Positions 9,703 through 19,412 of a stretch of 64,000 nucleotides of DNA are shown here, one piece after another. Location of the stretch: positions 30,907 through 94,906 of the forward strand of contig JAVCCW010000010.1 in NCBI GenBank assembly GCA_030765235.1, written 5' to 3'. Every line of letters begins with the position of its first letter. The first letter of the stretch is position 1. The notes under the pieces are model-generated. The model did not search any database. It saw only the letters and a list, made by a program, of their open reading frames with translations, and was not told the origin of the DNA. This stretch comes from Candidatus Gorgyraea atricola (GTDB lineage Bacteria > Omnitrophota > Gorgyraeia > Gorgyraeales > Gorgyraeaceae). The position numbers and the translations under genes were made by a program.

Positions 9703-9790
9703 TAAGGGCAAACCCTAGAGAAATCAGGGGGCGCAAAGCCAACAGGCCTAAGTCCTTTAAACGGATATGGCGGCTGGGTTGCCAAGCGAT
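9703..9790 (+). ncRNA. Candidate c-di-GMP-I (GEMM) riboswitch aptamer, plus strand, no downstream plus-strand gene
   Basis: GGGCAAACC-cuagaGAAAucaggg-GGCGCAAAGCC followed by a hairpin carrying the canonical 11-nt GAAA tetraloop receptor halves CCUAAG ... UAUGG, then GGGUUGCC. This matches GEMM-I architecture (tetraloop hairpin, ACGCAAAGCC junction, receptor hairpin). Confidence 0.5.
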
Positions 9791-9802
9791 GAAAAGCCGA
9801 CG

Positions 9803-11311
9803 CTAATCGCCTTTATCGGCCTTTCTTATTGTCTTCCCCATGATTTCAGAAAACTCATCCTCCAGCACAAAAAAAGGAGCTACGTTGCACCCGGTAAAAC
9901 TCTTTACCTTATCTATTGCCTCAATATCCTTGGGATTTAACATAGCAAGGCTTACTACGTTCTTTTCCTTCTTAACTGGAATTACCCCATAATTCTTGAT
10001 CAAATCAATAGGTATCTTGCTTATAACTGCTTTTAATTCTCCATTCTGCTCTAATCTTCTTACATCAAAATGCGGGACATTCAACTGTGACTCCAGGGCC
10101 CTTGCTATGTCGCCTGAACTCGCCAAGCCAAGACCTACAATGCTCTGACCGATCTTCTGGCCTGTTGACCAATGTTTACTTAAAGCTGCCTCGAGCTGCT
10201 GAGAAGTCAAAACATGTGATTCAACCAGTATCTGGCCCAATGGCTTGTGCCTGAATTCAGGCACCACCTTAGAGGCCTTTTCAGAGACAATAGACTGATG
10301 CGAAGCTAAAAACTCTTTCTTCATCATGGTCCTGCGATTTACAAGAAAATTACTTCCAGGCAAGGCCTTCAGGTATCCCTTTATCTCAGCGATTATCTCC
10401 ATGAGCTCCACGATATTTTGAAATCCATAATCTTTATTATTAGCTATTGCCACAGAAAGGCTCATGAGCGGTGTATTTGTTATGTTGCCCCTTCTATCCT
10501 TTGAAATGATATGGCCCAGACCCCTGTCTTCTTTGGTGTAATGAAAAGGCATAAGCCTGTTAAAGCTCAATATGGACTCCGATGCTATTAATCTGTCGCG
10601 CTCAGGCGTGGTCACCACTACAAAATCATCGCCTCCAATATGCCCCACAAAGTCATCCTTGTTCCCGTATTTCTTAACTGTCCTTGAAACAATATGGGCA
10701 GTCTGGCGAATAACCGCATCGCCCTTCATGTAGTTATATTTGTCATTAAAGGATTTGAAGTTATCAATGTCGTAATACGCGACAGAAAAAATCGCGTCCT
10801 CTTCGATCTTTGACTGGATAACCTTTTCTATGCGTCTATTTCCAGGGAGCCTTGTGAGCGCGTTCGCGTGCAGCTGGTGCGTAGTCCTGCGCAGCGCCAT
10901 TTCCATCCTGACCTCCAGGTCAATAGGATCAGGTGGGTTCGCGATATAATCGTCCACGCCCTGCTCTATCTCGAGCATGCGCTTGCGTATCTGTTTTTTA
11001 TCAATGAGTATTATTACCGGTATGTGTGCGGTAAGAAAATCTTCTTTCAAGACCTTTGAGACCTCGAAACCGTCTATCTTCGGAATATTGCAGTCTATAA
11101 TAATAATATCAGGGTGCGCTCGCCGAACCAGCTCAAGCACAGATGCCCCATCTGAAGCAATAATAACTTCGTAATCCCAAGCATTTAAAAGATAAACAAG
11201 TATATCTACTATCTTTTGCTCATGCTCTGCTAACAATACCTTTTTATTCAGTCCGTTCATAAGATCATTATAACGTACAATATTTCCAAGGTCAACATTT
11301 ACCCCACCCAA
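9803..11311 (-). CDS. Response-regulator receiver + non-canonical GGDEF (GGDDF) + C-terminal MshEN/T2SSE_N (c-di-GMP-binding) domain protein
   Basis: 502 aa; REC with phospho-Asp context IIIIDCNIPKIDG; GGDEF-like domain with GHIGGDDFVV; C-terminus LEAALSKHWSTGQKIGQSIVGLGLASSGDIARALESQLNVPHFD resembles GspE/MshE N-terminal domain. Confidence 0.7.
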   Translation of the reverse strand: MGGVNVDLGNIVRYNDLMNGLNKKVLLAEHEQKIVDILVYLLNAWDYEVIIASDGASVLELVRRAHPDIIIIDCNIPKIDGFEVSKVLKEDFLTAHIPVIILIDKKQIRKRMLEIEQGVDDYIANPPDPIDLEVRMEMALRRTTHQLHANALTRLPGNRRIEKVIQSKIEEDAIFSVAYYDIDNFKSFNDKYNYMKGDAVIRQTAHIVSRTVKKYGNKDDFVGHIGGDDFVVVTTPERDRLIASESILSFNRLMPFHYTKEDRGLGHIISKDRRGNITNTPLMSLSVAIANNKDYGFQNIVELMEIIAEIKGYLKALPGSNFLVNRRTMMKKEFLASHQSIVSEKASKVVPEFRHKPLGQILVESHVLTSQQLEAALSKHWSTGQKIGQSIVGLGLASSGDIARALESQLNVPHFDVRRLEQNGELKAVISKIPIDLIKNYGVIPVKKEKNVVSLAMLNPKDIEAIDKVKSFTGCNVAPFFVLEDEFSEIMGKTIRKADKGD

Positions 11312-12438
11312 AAATAATTTACATGCCTGGCTATGAAAAATCCCTGCAGCAGAAAAAATGTAACTAATAACAAAAAGAATCTTTTCTGTCTTTTTTCAAT
11401 ATTAAAATTCATGCCTAAAAACAGATACACTGGAAAGGCTATGGATAAATAGCGCATGTATGACATCATATTGCTGGTCAGGGCTGGTAAAAAACCTACT
11501 AAAAATGCATACAAAAATAAAGAAAATCGCTGCTTTTTAAATGTAAAAAACAGGACTGCGGTAAACAACAAAAACGCGATCCTGTCAACTATAGAGGTCG
11601 TATATCCATGAAGCGTAAAATCAGTCTTAAAAAAATTATTGTATAGGGTCACGAGTGGGTTCAATAGATTAGAAACACTATGCCTTGCGATGTAAATCCT
11701 CTGCGAGTCAAGCCATTCAAAGGCATTGCCTGTTGTAAAATGGAAAAATGCCAATAGCGCCATAAATCCAAGCACAGGAGATAATAGATACAAAATATTT
11801 GGCCTTATTTTAGTCTTGTTATTCTCGAAATATATTACTACAAATACCAACGCAATGGACAAACCTGTCAGCCTTGTCAGCGGCAAAAATAAGGCACATA
11901 ATGCCGCCGGGAGATACTTTTTAGCAAAGGCATAATAGAAAAACATCATTATAAGCATGAAAAACAGGGCCTCTGAATATATGATGGAAAAATAAAACGC
12001 GGTTGGAAACGCCAAAAGGATCAACAAGCTCGCCTTGGCAACAGCAAGGCTAAAGTGTCTGCAGGCAAAATAATAAAAATACATCATACCGATAAGCGAA
12101 AATATGCTAGAGAGCAGGATGCCGCACATGACAGCGTCGCCTTTAAAAACAGGCAGGAAGATCTTTATTAAAACAGGGAATAGCGGAAATAGTACATTGA
12201 ATTTATTGTGGCCTTCTGTGTAGCCATTTTTGGCAATATACAAAAAATTATAACTATCCCACGTCTTAAAAGGCGAACGACTGTTCAAGGCCTCGTCATC
12301 CGAAAGAACTGTATTTTCCTGGTATGAGGCCTCGTAAAACGGCATCATCTCATATGCAAGAGGTATAAAAATGGTGAGCAAAAATAACTTATATACAACA
12401 AGAAAGATTATCAGATTCCTTTTATTTAGCATAATCAT
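11299..12438 (-). CDS. Polytopic membrane protein, putative GT-C-fold glycosyltransferase (PIG-V/GT87-like)
   Basis: 379 aa; about 10 predicted TM helices, aromatic-rich; first gene of glycan cluster, co-directional with GtrA/GtrB genes. Confidence 0.4.
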   Translation of the reverse strand: MIMLNKRNLIIFLVVYKLFLLTIFIPLAYEMMPFYEASYQENTVLSDDEALNSRSPFKTWDSYNFLYIAKNGYTEGHNKFNVLFPLFPVLIKIFLPVFKGDAVMCGILLSSIFSLIGMMYFYYFACRHFSLAVAKASLLILLAFPTAFYFSIIYSEALFFMLIMMFFYYAFAKKYLPAALCALFLPLTRLTGLSIALVFVVIYFENNKTKIRPNILYLLSPVLGFMALLAFFHFTTGNAFEWLDSQRIYIARHSVSNLLNPLVTLYNNFFKTDFTLHGYTTSIVDRIAFLLFTAVLFFTFKKQRFSLFLYAFLVGFLPALTSNMMSYMRYLSIAFPVYLFLGMNFNIEKRQKRFFLLLVTFFLLQGFFIARHVNYFWVG

Positions 12439-12441
12439 CTC

Positions 12442-13305
12442 CTATGTATGAATATCTTTTATTTCGACCGATGTATGGCCGAATTCTTGAAGCCTATTCG
12501 TTTTGATTTTTACGTCACAGGGATTACAGTGACCAAATCTATCACACGACCTAAAGACATCTTCCAATTGAAACTCAGTATCCAATATACTCTCTGTTGA
12601 CTCACGGCATTCATATAGGTCACTATGACATCTATGCACTCCTCCAGTGGGCCCGATGATAAATTCAGTGGTCTTACAAAGACACTTTTTTTTGAATTTT
12701 CTATTCACTGCCATTTCGTATTTATATGTGCCGAACAAAGAATCCTCGTAGTCTCCTAAAAATTCTTTTGTTCTGAAATCTATGCCTATTGTCCTTGCCT
12801 TGTCCTGGGCCCTTAAAATAATATCCTTATACGCTGGATGTGTGACTCCCCACATGCCAATACTAAACCCGGCATCCTGCATCTTTAAAACCTTCGCAAG
12901 GGTCTCGTCTAAACGCATCACCTCTGGATGGAAGCTCACCCTGATAGATGCATAAGGCGAGTCTCTTTTGAATCTCTCAGGCTTTACTGATCTAGTGAAT
13001 TCATCCACGTCAAACTGTATGTTTGTAAGCATGTCTAATTTTAGCTCTGGCTTAAGATTATTGATAATATAAATAAAATCCCTGTGTAAACTCGGCTCTC
13101 CCCCTTGCAGTGTGATGGGTAAATCGTTTCGCAAGGCAATCCTGTTAAGCCCTCTTATCCAATCCTCTCCACTTATCAGCTTCTTGTTGAATCTGGCCTT
13201 TTTATTTTTGAAGTAATTTATGCAATAACTGCATCGGTAATTACAGTTGAGTGTTAAAAACAAGGCTATATAATTATAGGTTTTGGGGATAATTATATCT
13301 CTCAT
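12442..13305 (-). CDS. Radical SAM protein with C-terminal Cys-rich (SPASM/twitch-like) region
   Basis: 287 aa; CNYRCSYC (CX3CX2C) at residues 21-28; GGEP motif; C-terminal CxxxxC...CNPC cysteines. Confidence 0.75.
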   Translation of the reverse strand: MRDIIIPKTYNYIALFLTLNCNYRCSYCINYFKNKKARFNKKLISGEDWIRGLNRIALRNDLPITLQGGEPSLHRDFIYIINNLKPELKLDMLTNIQFDVDEFTRSVKPERFKRDSPYASIRVSFHPEVMRLDETLAKVLKMQDAGFSIGMWGVTHPAYKDIILRAQDKARTIGIDFRTKEFLGDYEDSLFGTYKYEMAVNRKFKKKCLCKTTEFIIGPTGGVHRCHSDLYECRESTESILDTEFQLEDVFRSCDRFGHCNPCDVKIKTNRLQEFGHTSVEIKDIHT

Positions 13306-13306
13306 T

Positions 13307-15556
13307 TTAAGTCTGCGTTCTGTTCTCTTCAGGCTTAAACCTGTACAGGTAATAATTCAAGGAAAACCATACAAATACCGAGATCAATATATAAATCCAG
13401 AATAGGATAGGATATATTGTCTTAAACTCAAACACAACTCTATGTTTACCAACGGGGAGCTGAATTGCCTGAAATGCGTAATTGGCCCTGTAGATTTTTG
13501 CTGGCACACCGTCGATAGTGGCCTTCCATCCCCTATGGAAATTCTCTAATCTCGTTAAGAATCCATCTGCTGGAACATCTATTACTATATCTATTCTGTT
13601 AGGATCATCCCTTTTTATGATAGCCATGGCATCGGGCCCTAAAAAATACTTTGCCTTCCTCTTGTCAGGGACATCGAAATCAATCTCGTTTTCCTGAAAA
13701 AAAACTCGTAGAGTTTTCTGCTCTTCATCTATAAAATCTCTAAATATCTCCTTTATCATCTCATCTTTTTGCATGTTAGAACCAAAAACCCTCGCATTAT
13801 TAGTGAAGAACATAGTAGGCATGCCAACACCAAATGCCAATTCATGCCTTGACCCCTGCCTAAGCATTCTTAACATATCATGGAGACGCGTATTTCTTAA
13901 GAATATAAGATTTTCCCTTCGACTAGTCAGGCTCGCTTCCTTAAAGTATAAAGGAAAAAAATCGAAGGGCATTGCTGGCGATTGCCTTGCAAAAAGGCCT
14001 CTTTCAAGCGGATAGATTACAGGAGCAGGGGGTGATAGATTATCATAGGGGCGCGTGACAAATCTGGAAGGGGCATAAGATGATAATGCGATATTAAAAA
14101 AGCAAATATCTAATATTAAAATTAAAAAAAACAGTAAATATGCTGTTCTTACTGCCAGGACCCTATTTTTGAAAATCTTTAGCAGCATAAGCGAAAGTAC
14201 TATTACTATGCAACTTGATAAAATCAATACCCTGCCTATATTATCCTTCGCGGCCAAAAATAATACCAGGCCAGCTATAATAGTAATAAGGGGTATTTTA
14301 AATTTAGATTTTTCAGATAAGATCGCTTTCAGGCCAAATCCTGATGTACAAATTAAAAGAAAAGAGACGAGCTGGGAAAACATGAACGTATGCCGCATCA
14401 TGTTAAATCCTGGCACATGTTTAACTAAGGAGGGGAACACAAAAAACTCCTTCCCTGCTCCAACCGAAGCAGTGAATATAGCTGTAATAAAAAATGGCCA
14501 TACCAATTTATCTTTTGATCTAAGTAGAGCTATGGGTATAAGGATAAGCAGGATGATGCCAAAATAGAAGCCGTGATGAATAATGCTGTGAGTTTGACTG
14601 TCTTCAAATATCCTGTCTATAAGCAACCTATAATCTGAAAAAGAGGCATTAACCCTTGGTTGAGTACCATCTTGTTCTATAGAAAGGGCCGCGCCTGGGG
14701 CAAATGCCCCCCTCGAAGGGGAAACGAAATTTTTCATCTCGGAATTGAGAAAAATCAATGGCCCTGCCGCTAAAACTGCTATAAAAACAGCAAGGATAAT
14801 CAATTTATAATGCTGCCTCACAATCTGATAAACTATTTTAAGGTATGATAAATTAAACAGGAAAATTACAGCAACAAAGAAAAAAGAAACCAGAAAAATA
14901 TAAAGAGGAATATAGATATTCCACGACAAGCTGGTGTATATAATCGCGAGGGCTATACCATAAGGAGATTTATTTTTGATGGAGCTTACCAGGCCAAAAA
15001 GAATATAAGGGAAGAAATATAATAAAGCTATCCCTGCAGGCTGCCCCATATTCACATAAAAACAACCACTTAGTAAAAGAGATAAAAAACAAAAGAACGC
15101 AATCCTGAAATCATCAAAGAGCACATGAAATAATAAATATGCGCCGATACAGAAATTAAGAAATAAAAAAATCCAATATTGGTTAAAAAGGGTGTGGTCG
15201 TCTATTCTTATAAATTGGCTTAATAAAGAAAAAAATACATAGGGGGCCTTAAAACAACTGTTCGAAAAAAGATAGATAGGCTCACCCGCGTTCATGAACG
15301 GATTCCAGCCAGGATAAAATCCAGCATGAATCCACTGTTTTACTATGCGAAAGAAAATCTCGCCATTCCAGAAAGTATCATGATATGTGCTGGCTTTACC
15401 GAGAAAGAAATCTCTATAAAAAAACAGGAATAAAAATACGGCAGATCCTGCCAGGAAGGCCTTAGAAATAGATTTTGTAAACAAAAATACAGGAAGCAGG
15501 CAAAAAAACAATATTACCGCAAAATATACAAACGGCTGTACATTGACATCTAACAT
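13307..15556 (-). CDS. Large polytopic membrane protein with C-terminal extracytoplasmic domain (YfhO/GT-C-like glycosyltransferase candidate)
   Basis: 749 aa; more than 12 TM helices over about 480 aa followed by about 250 aa soluble domain and a final TM; layout typical of GT-C lipid-linked-sugar transferases. Confidence 0.45.
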   Translation of the reverse strand: MLDVNVQPFVYFAVILFFCLLPVFLFTKSISKAFLAGSAVFLFLFFYRDFFLGKASTYHDTFWNGEIFFRIVKQWIHAGFYPGWNPFMNAGEPIYLFSNSCFKAPYVFFSLLSQFIRIDDHTLFNQYWIFLFLNFCIGAYLLFHVLFDDFRIAFFCFLSLLLSGCFYVNMGQPAGIALLYFFPYILFGLVSSIKNKSPYGIALAIIYTSLSWNIYIPLYIFLVSFFFVAVIFLFNLSYLKIVYQIVRQHYKLIILAVFIAVLAAGPLIFLNSEMKNFVSPSRGAFAPGAALSIEQDGTQPRVNASFSDYRLLIDRIFEDSQTHSIIHHGFYFGIILLILIPIALLRSKDKLVWPFFITAIFTASVGAGKEFFVFPSLVKHVPGFNMMRHTFMFSQLVSFLLICTSGFGLKAILSEKSKFKIPLITIIAGLVLFLAAKDNIGRVLILSSCIVIVLSLMLLKIFKNRVLAVRTAYLLFFLILILDICFFNIALSSYAPSRFVTRPYDNLSPPAPVIYPLERGLFARQSPAMPFDFFPLYFKEASLTSRRENLIFLRNTRLHDMLRMLRQGSRHELAFGVGMPTMFFTNNARVFGSNMQKDEMIKEIFRDFIDEEQKTLRVFFQENEIDFDVPDKRKAKYFLGPDAMAIIKRDDPNRIDIVIDVPADGFLTRLENFHRGWKATIDGVPAKIYRANYAFQAIQLPVGKHRVVFEFKTIYPILFWIYILISVFVWFSLNYYLYRFKPEENRTQT

Positions 15557-15572
15557 TATGGCTGTCCTTGCA

Positions 15573-16031
15573 TTAGTCTACGCCAGCATAAAAAGAAAAT
15601 CGCGAATGTCCAAGATAGCTTATTATAGCACACATAATCATCACAATCGCCGCAGCGATTCTTGGAGAGATATATAGAATTTCCACAAAAAATGGCAAAA
15701 GGATCAGGCTCGATAAAAAAGTGACAACATACGTCATGCAAAATTTAAAAAACTCCGTTATTATCCTCCAACCTCTCACTCTTGACTTGAAGGTTATATA
15801 TTTATGAAAAATAAAGGCGTTGATAATCGCTATGAATGCCCCTAAAATCATGGCAGACATATAAGAAGTGTGTCTAACTTTAAATATATGTAAAAAAACC
15901 GCATAGAGAATCAGAAAAACTCCATATCCAAAAATTGTATTCCAAATCCCTACGATTATAAACTTTGTCTGTACTTTGTATTTACTTATGATAGTTTTTA
16001 TAATATTTGTCACGCTCTTAATGTTCATCAA
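15573..16031 (-). CDS. GtrA-family small membrane protein (polyprenol-P-sugar flippase-like)
   Basis: 152 aa; four TM helices; overlaps downstream GT2 gene by 4 nt (operon); GtrA-like size and topology. Confidence 0.6.
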   Translation of the reverse strand: MMNIKSVTNIIKTIISKYKVQTKFIIVGIWNTIFGYGVFLILYAVFLHIFKVRHTSYMSAMILGAFIAIINAFIFHKYITFKSRVRGWRIITEFFKFCMTYVVTFLSSLILLPFFVEILYISPRIAAAIVMIMCAIISYLGHSRFSFYAGVD

Positions 16032-16960
16032 AAATTAATCTTCTCTTTAATAACGACGAAAGGCTTCTTGCGAACCTGGGAATGAATAGCGCCGATATAT
16101 TCGCCGATAACGCCTAAGAAAAAAAGCTGGATTCCAAAAAACATTAAAAGCAGCGTGATAACACCTGCAACTGCTGGTATCTGGGCCTGCCAAATAGTAA
16201 ATTTCAAAATCAGATATATCATACATGCCAAAAAACTCAATGATGCCAGGCCCAGCCCTATATATGTGCTCAGCCTTATCGGAACAATAGAATAACTAAT
16301 TACTGCATTAATCGCAAAATCAACGAGATACTTAAAGCTGCTCTTTGAAACCCCTTTAGGCCTGGCCTTCCTTTTATAAGGAACACCGATTTGCTTAAAA
16401 CCAATGGAGGATATTAATCCCCTGATATATGGTTTATAATCGTCCAGTTTAAGAAGTTCATTAACTATTTTCCGGTCTACTAGGCGAAATCCACCAGCAT
16501 CCAGAGGCAGCTTTTCATCTGATAACGCATTAACAATTCGATAAAATGTCTTGCGCATAAAAGACATGGGGAACATATCGCGAGTTTTCTTTCTGACTCC
16601 ATAAACTACATCGTATCCATCTTCCCAATATTTTACAAAAGTTGGGATGAGTTCTGGGGGGTCTTTCAGATTCGCCTCATAAGAAATTACCGCATCACCA
16701 ACGGCATACCTATAACCCATCATTCCACTTTTTATTGGTCCAAAATCCTTAGAATATACCAAAATCTTTACTCTTCTATCCTGCGAGGCTATCTCTTTTA
16801 AAATGAAAATTGTTTCATCAGTACTGCAGTTGTCCATAAAGATGTGTTCGTAATCATAGCTCTTCTCTAACCCTGCAAATACTTTTTTAATTACATGATA
16901 TACATCCCTTACTGTCTCAGCTTCATTACATACCGCGGTAACAACAGATATCTTTTTCAT
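16028..16960 (-). CDS. GT2 polyprenol-phosphate glycosyltransferase (GtrB/ArnC/DPM1-like) with C-terminal TM helices
   Basis: 310 aa; ISVVTAVCNEAETV N-terminus, DxD region (FMDNCSTDET), two C-terminal TM helices as in GtrB/ArnC. Confidence 0.8.
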   Translation of the reverse strand: MKKISVVTAVCNEAETVRDVYHVIKKVFAGLEKSYDYEHIFMDNCSTDETIFILKEIASQDRRVKILVYSKDFGPIKSGMMGYRYAVGDAVISYEANLKDPPELIPTFVKYWEDGYDVVYGVRKKTRDMFPMSFMRKTFYRIVNALSDEKLPLDAGGFRLVDRKIVNELLKLDDYKPYIRGLISSIGFKQIGVPYKRKARPKGVSKSSFKYLVDFAINAVISYSIVPIRLSTYIGLGLASLSFLACMIYLILKFTIWQAQIPAVAGVITLLLMFFGIQLFFLGVIGEYIGAIHSQVRKKPFVVIKEKINF

Positions 16961-16974
16961 AATAACACCTCTCG

Positions 16975-18291
16975 TTATATCGGTTTCAACATCTTATCAA
17001 AAATACTACAAATAAATTCAATCTGCTCCTTCTTTATCCCAGGATAGACCCCTATCCAGAAAAGATTATCCATTACCATGTCTGTATTTTTTAAACTGCC
17101 ATGGATCCTGTATTTTATATTTTCATAGGCAGGATGTTTTATTAGATTTCCACCAAAAAGCATCCTTGTGGCAATCTTATTTTTTTCTAAATATTTCACT
17201 GTCTCATTTCGCGTAAATGGGGCATCTTTTTTTACTAAAACAGGGAAGCCAAACCAACTTGGGTCAGAATTTTTTGCTTCCAGGGGAAGAACAAAATACC
17301 TCTCATATTTTTTAAAAAAAGCGTATAAAAACTTAAAGTTTTCTTTCCTTGCCCTTATAAAACCAGGAAGTTTTTTTAACTGTGCCACGCCAATTGCAGC
17401 TTGCATATCAGTAATCTTCAAATTATAGCCAATATGTGAATAGATGTATTTATGGTCATAACCATCCGGCAATCCCCCAAACTGCTGAGAGAATCTTTTA
17501 CCACAGGTGTTATCGTGTCCTGGTTCACACCAACAATCTCTTCCCCAATCACGAAATGATAAAATTATCCGTTTCAACAGCAAATCATTAGTCAAGACCG
17601 CGCCTCCTTCACCCATCGTTATGTGATGCGATGGATAAAAACTACATGTAGCAATATGTCCAAACGCCCCTGTATATTTTTTTCTGTATCTTGAACCCAT
17701 GCTATCGCAGTTATCCTCGATAAACCATAATTTATGCCTTTTTACTATCTTTAAAATCTTATCCATATCGGCAGGATTACCTAATGTATGGGCAATAAAA
17801 ATTGCCTTGGTCTTTTTGGAAATCGCCTTTTCGATTCTTTCTGCCTGGATGTTATAAGTCCCCAAATTTATATCTACAAAAACGGGAACTAACTTATTCT
17901 GCACAATGGGGTTGAGGGTGGTTGGAAATCCACAGGCAGTAGTAATTACTTCATCGCCTGGTTTTAATCGCCGCTCCTTTAATAGCGGTGAAGTCAAGCT
18001 AGAAACTGCCAGTAAATTCGCAGAAGAACCTGAGTTTGTAAGTATACAATATTTTATGCCTAAAAATTCTGAAAATTCTCTTTGAAATTGCTTGGCAAAT
18101 CTACCGGAAGTCAACCAAAAATCAAGCGAGGCATCTACTAAATTTGTCAATTCTTTTTCATCGTAAATGCGGCCCGCATAATTAATTAAAGTTTTTCCGG
18201 GTATAAACCTTGCCTCCTTTTCTCTGTATCTAAAGAGTTTGACAACTTTTTTAAAGACCTCCTGCCTTATTTTTCTCCGTGTCTTCGTCAT
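16975..18291 (-). CDS. rfbH: CDP-6-deoxy-D-xylo-4-hexulose-3-dehydrase (E1; RfbH/DdhC), PMP- and [2Fe-2S]-dependent
   Basis: 438 aa; DegT/AHBA fold; active-site [15 protein letters not shown] (His replacing the PLP lysine, the E1 hallmark); Fe-S motif [21 protein letters not shown]; SDPSWFGFP block. Strong resemblance to RfbH. Confidence 0.8.
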   Translation of the reverse strand: MTKTRRKIRQEVFKKVVKLFRYREKEARFIPGKTLINYAGRIYDEKELTNLVDASLDFWLTSGRFAKQFQREFSEFLGIKYCILTNSGSSANLLAVSSLTSPLLKERRLKPGDEVITTACGFPTTLNPIVQNKLVPVFVDINLGTYNIQAERIEKAISKKTKAIFIAHTLGNPADMDKILKIVKRHKLWFIEDNCDSMGSRYRKKYTGAFGHIATCSFYPSHHITMGEGGAVLTNDLLLKRIILSFRDWGRDCWCEPGHDNTCGKRFSQQFGGLPDGYDHKYIYSHIGYNLKITDMQAAIGVAQLKKLPGFIRARKENFKFLYAFFKKYERYFVLPLEAKNSDPSWFGFPVLVKKDAPFTRNETVKYLEKNKIATRMLFGGNLIKHPAYENIKYRIHGSLKNTDMVMDNLFWIGVYPGIKKEQIEFICSIFDKMLKPI

Positions 18292-18315
18292 ATATAAATT
18301 TACACCGTGTATGCT

Positions 18316-19386
18316 CTAATCAATAAAATCCTCACTTGTAAATACTTCAGTATAAGGTACTGGGAGCGGTTTACCGTAGATTTTTTTCACCGCATAGTCA
18401 TTAATAAATTTTCTGTCCTCTGCAATAAGACAAGTGTCAGCATATTTTCCAAAATATTTAACCTTCATGCCTCTTTCAATAATGTCTTTTAATGGTTCTT
18501 CAAAAAAGTTTCCAAGAGAAACATGAATATATGGACAGGGCATTACGTCGCCATACTTTGTAATAGACACCATTCTTTTAACTGATATGCATCCTAAATT
18601 AAGGCCATACGATGGGGTTAAATGTGTAAACACATTATACTTTTTCTCGAGTTCTCCCATATAATCCATGTCATCCTTATCGACAAGAACATCAAAATTC
18701 CCTTCCCATGATCCAACAGGCTTTGCATATGTTACAAATACTCCTACTCCTTTTCCGTTCAGAAATTCCAAAAATTCAATGAACTCTTGTGATCTAACCC
18801 TTTGCTTTGTAACTACAGTTTGTATGATAATATTTAATCCTGCGCCCAAGGCCGCATCAACAGCTCTTACGGCTCTTTCTTGCGAACCCGCCTTGCGTCT
18901 AAATGCATCATGTTCCGCCGCCGACATGCTATCAATGCTCAACTGAATTTTGTCAACGCCTATACTTTTTAGATGTTTTGCTTTTTCTGAATCCAAAAAC
19001 CAGCCATTGGTATCCGAAACTATCCAAAATTTCTGCGGGTCGATAGCCTTAACTATATCATCAAAATCCGGAAATACTAATGGTTCGCCGCCTGTAATTA
19101 CAATTTGCGCAAGCCCCATTTCGTCCGCTTGCCGTGAAAGTTCCCTTACATCATCAGGCGTAAAAAACCTTCCTTCCTTTTTCCCCTGAAATCTTTTCGT
19201 TGAACAGTGTATGCAAGAAAAATTACACCTATAATCGTATTGGAATTGAATTATAGCTATGCTCTCTCCATTTTTAACCTTTTCATCAAATTTCATGATT
19301 TTTTCATAGACATACGGTTTTTCTTCTTTTAGTGAGGCCCTTTTTTTTATTTCATTTAGTTTTAATTGTCCTTGTTGGCCTGGCAT
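18316..19386 (-). CDS. Radical SAM protein (SPASM/twitch-like C-terminal cysteines)
   Basis: 356 aa; CNFSCIHC (CX3CX2C); GGEP; later Cys pairs (CISVKR...MPCPYIH). Confidence 0.75.
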   Translation of the reverse strand: MPGQQGQLKLNEIKKRASLKEEKPYVYEKIMKFDEKVKNGESIAIIQFQYDYRCNFSCIHCSTKRFQGKKEGRFFTPDDVRELSRQADEMGLAQIVITGGEPLVFPDFDDIVKAIDPQKFWIVSDTNGWFLDSEKAKHLKSIGVDKIQLSIDSMSAAEHDAFRRKAGSQERAVRAVDAALGAGLNIIIQTVVTKQRVRSQEFIEFLEFLNGKGVGVFVTYAKPVGSWEGNFDVLVDKDDMDYMGELEKKYNVFTHLTPSYGLNLGCISVKRMVSITKYGDVMPCPYIHVSLGNFFEEPLKDIIERGMKVKYFGKYADTCLIAEDRKFINDYAVKKIYGKPLPVPYTEVFTSEDFID

Positions 19387-19412
19387 AATATTTATCTCCT
19401 TGTATCGCTATG

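Noticed and set aside
15556-15741. 61-aa minus-strand ORF overlapping the GtrA-like gene in another frame
   Set aside because: Fully nested in a better-supported CDS; Cys-rich nonsense composition.
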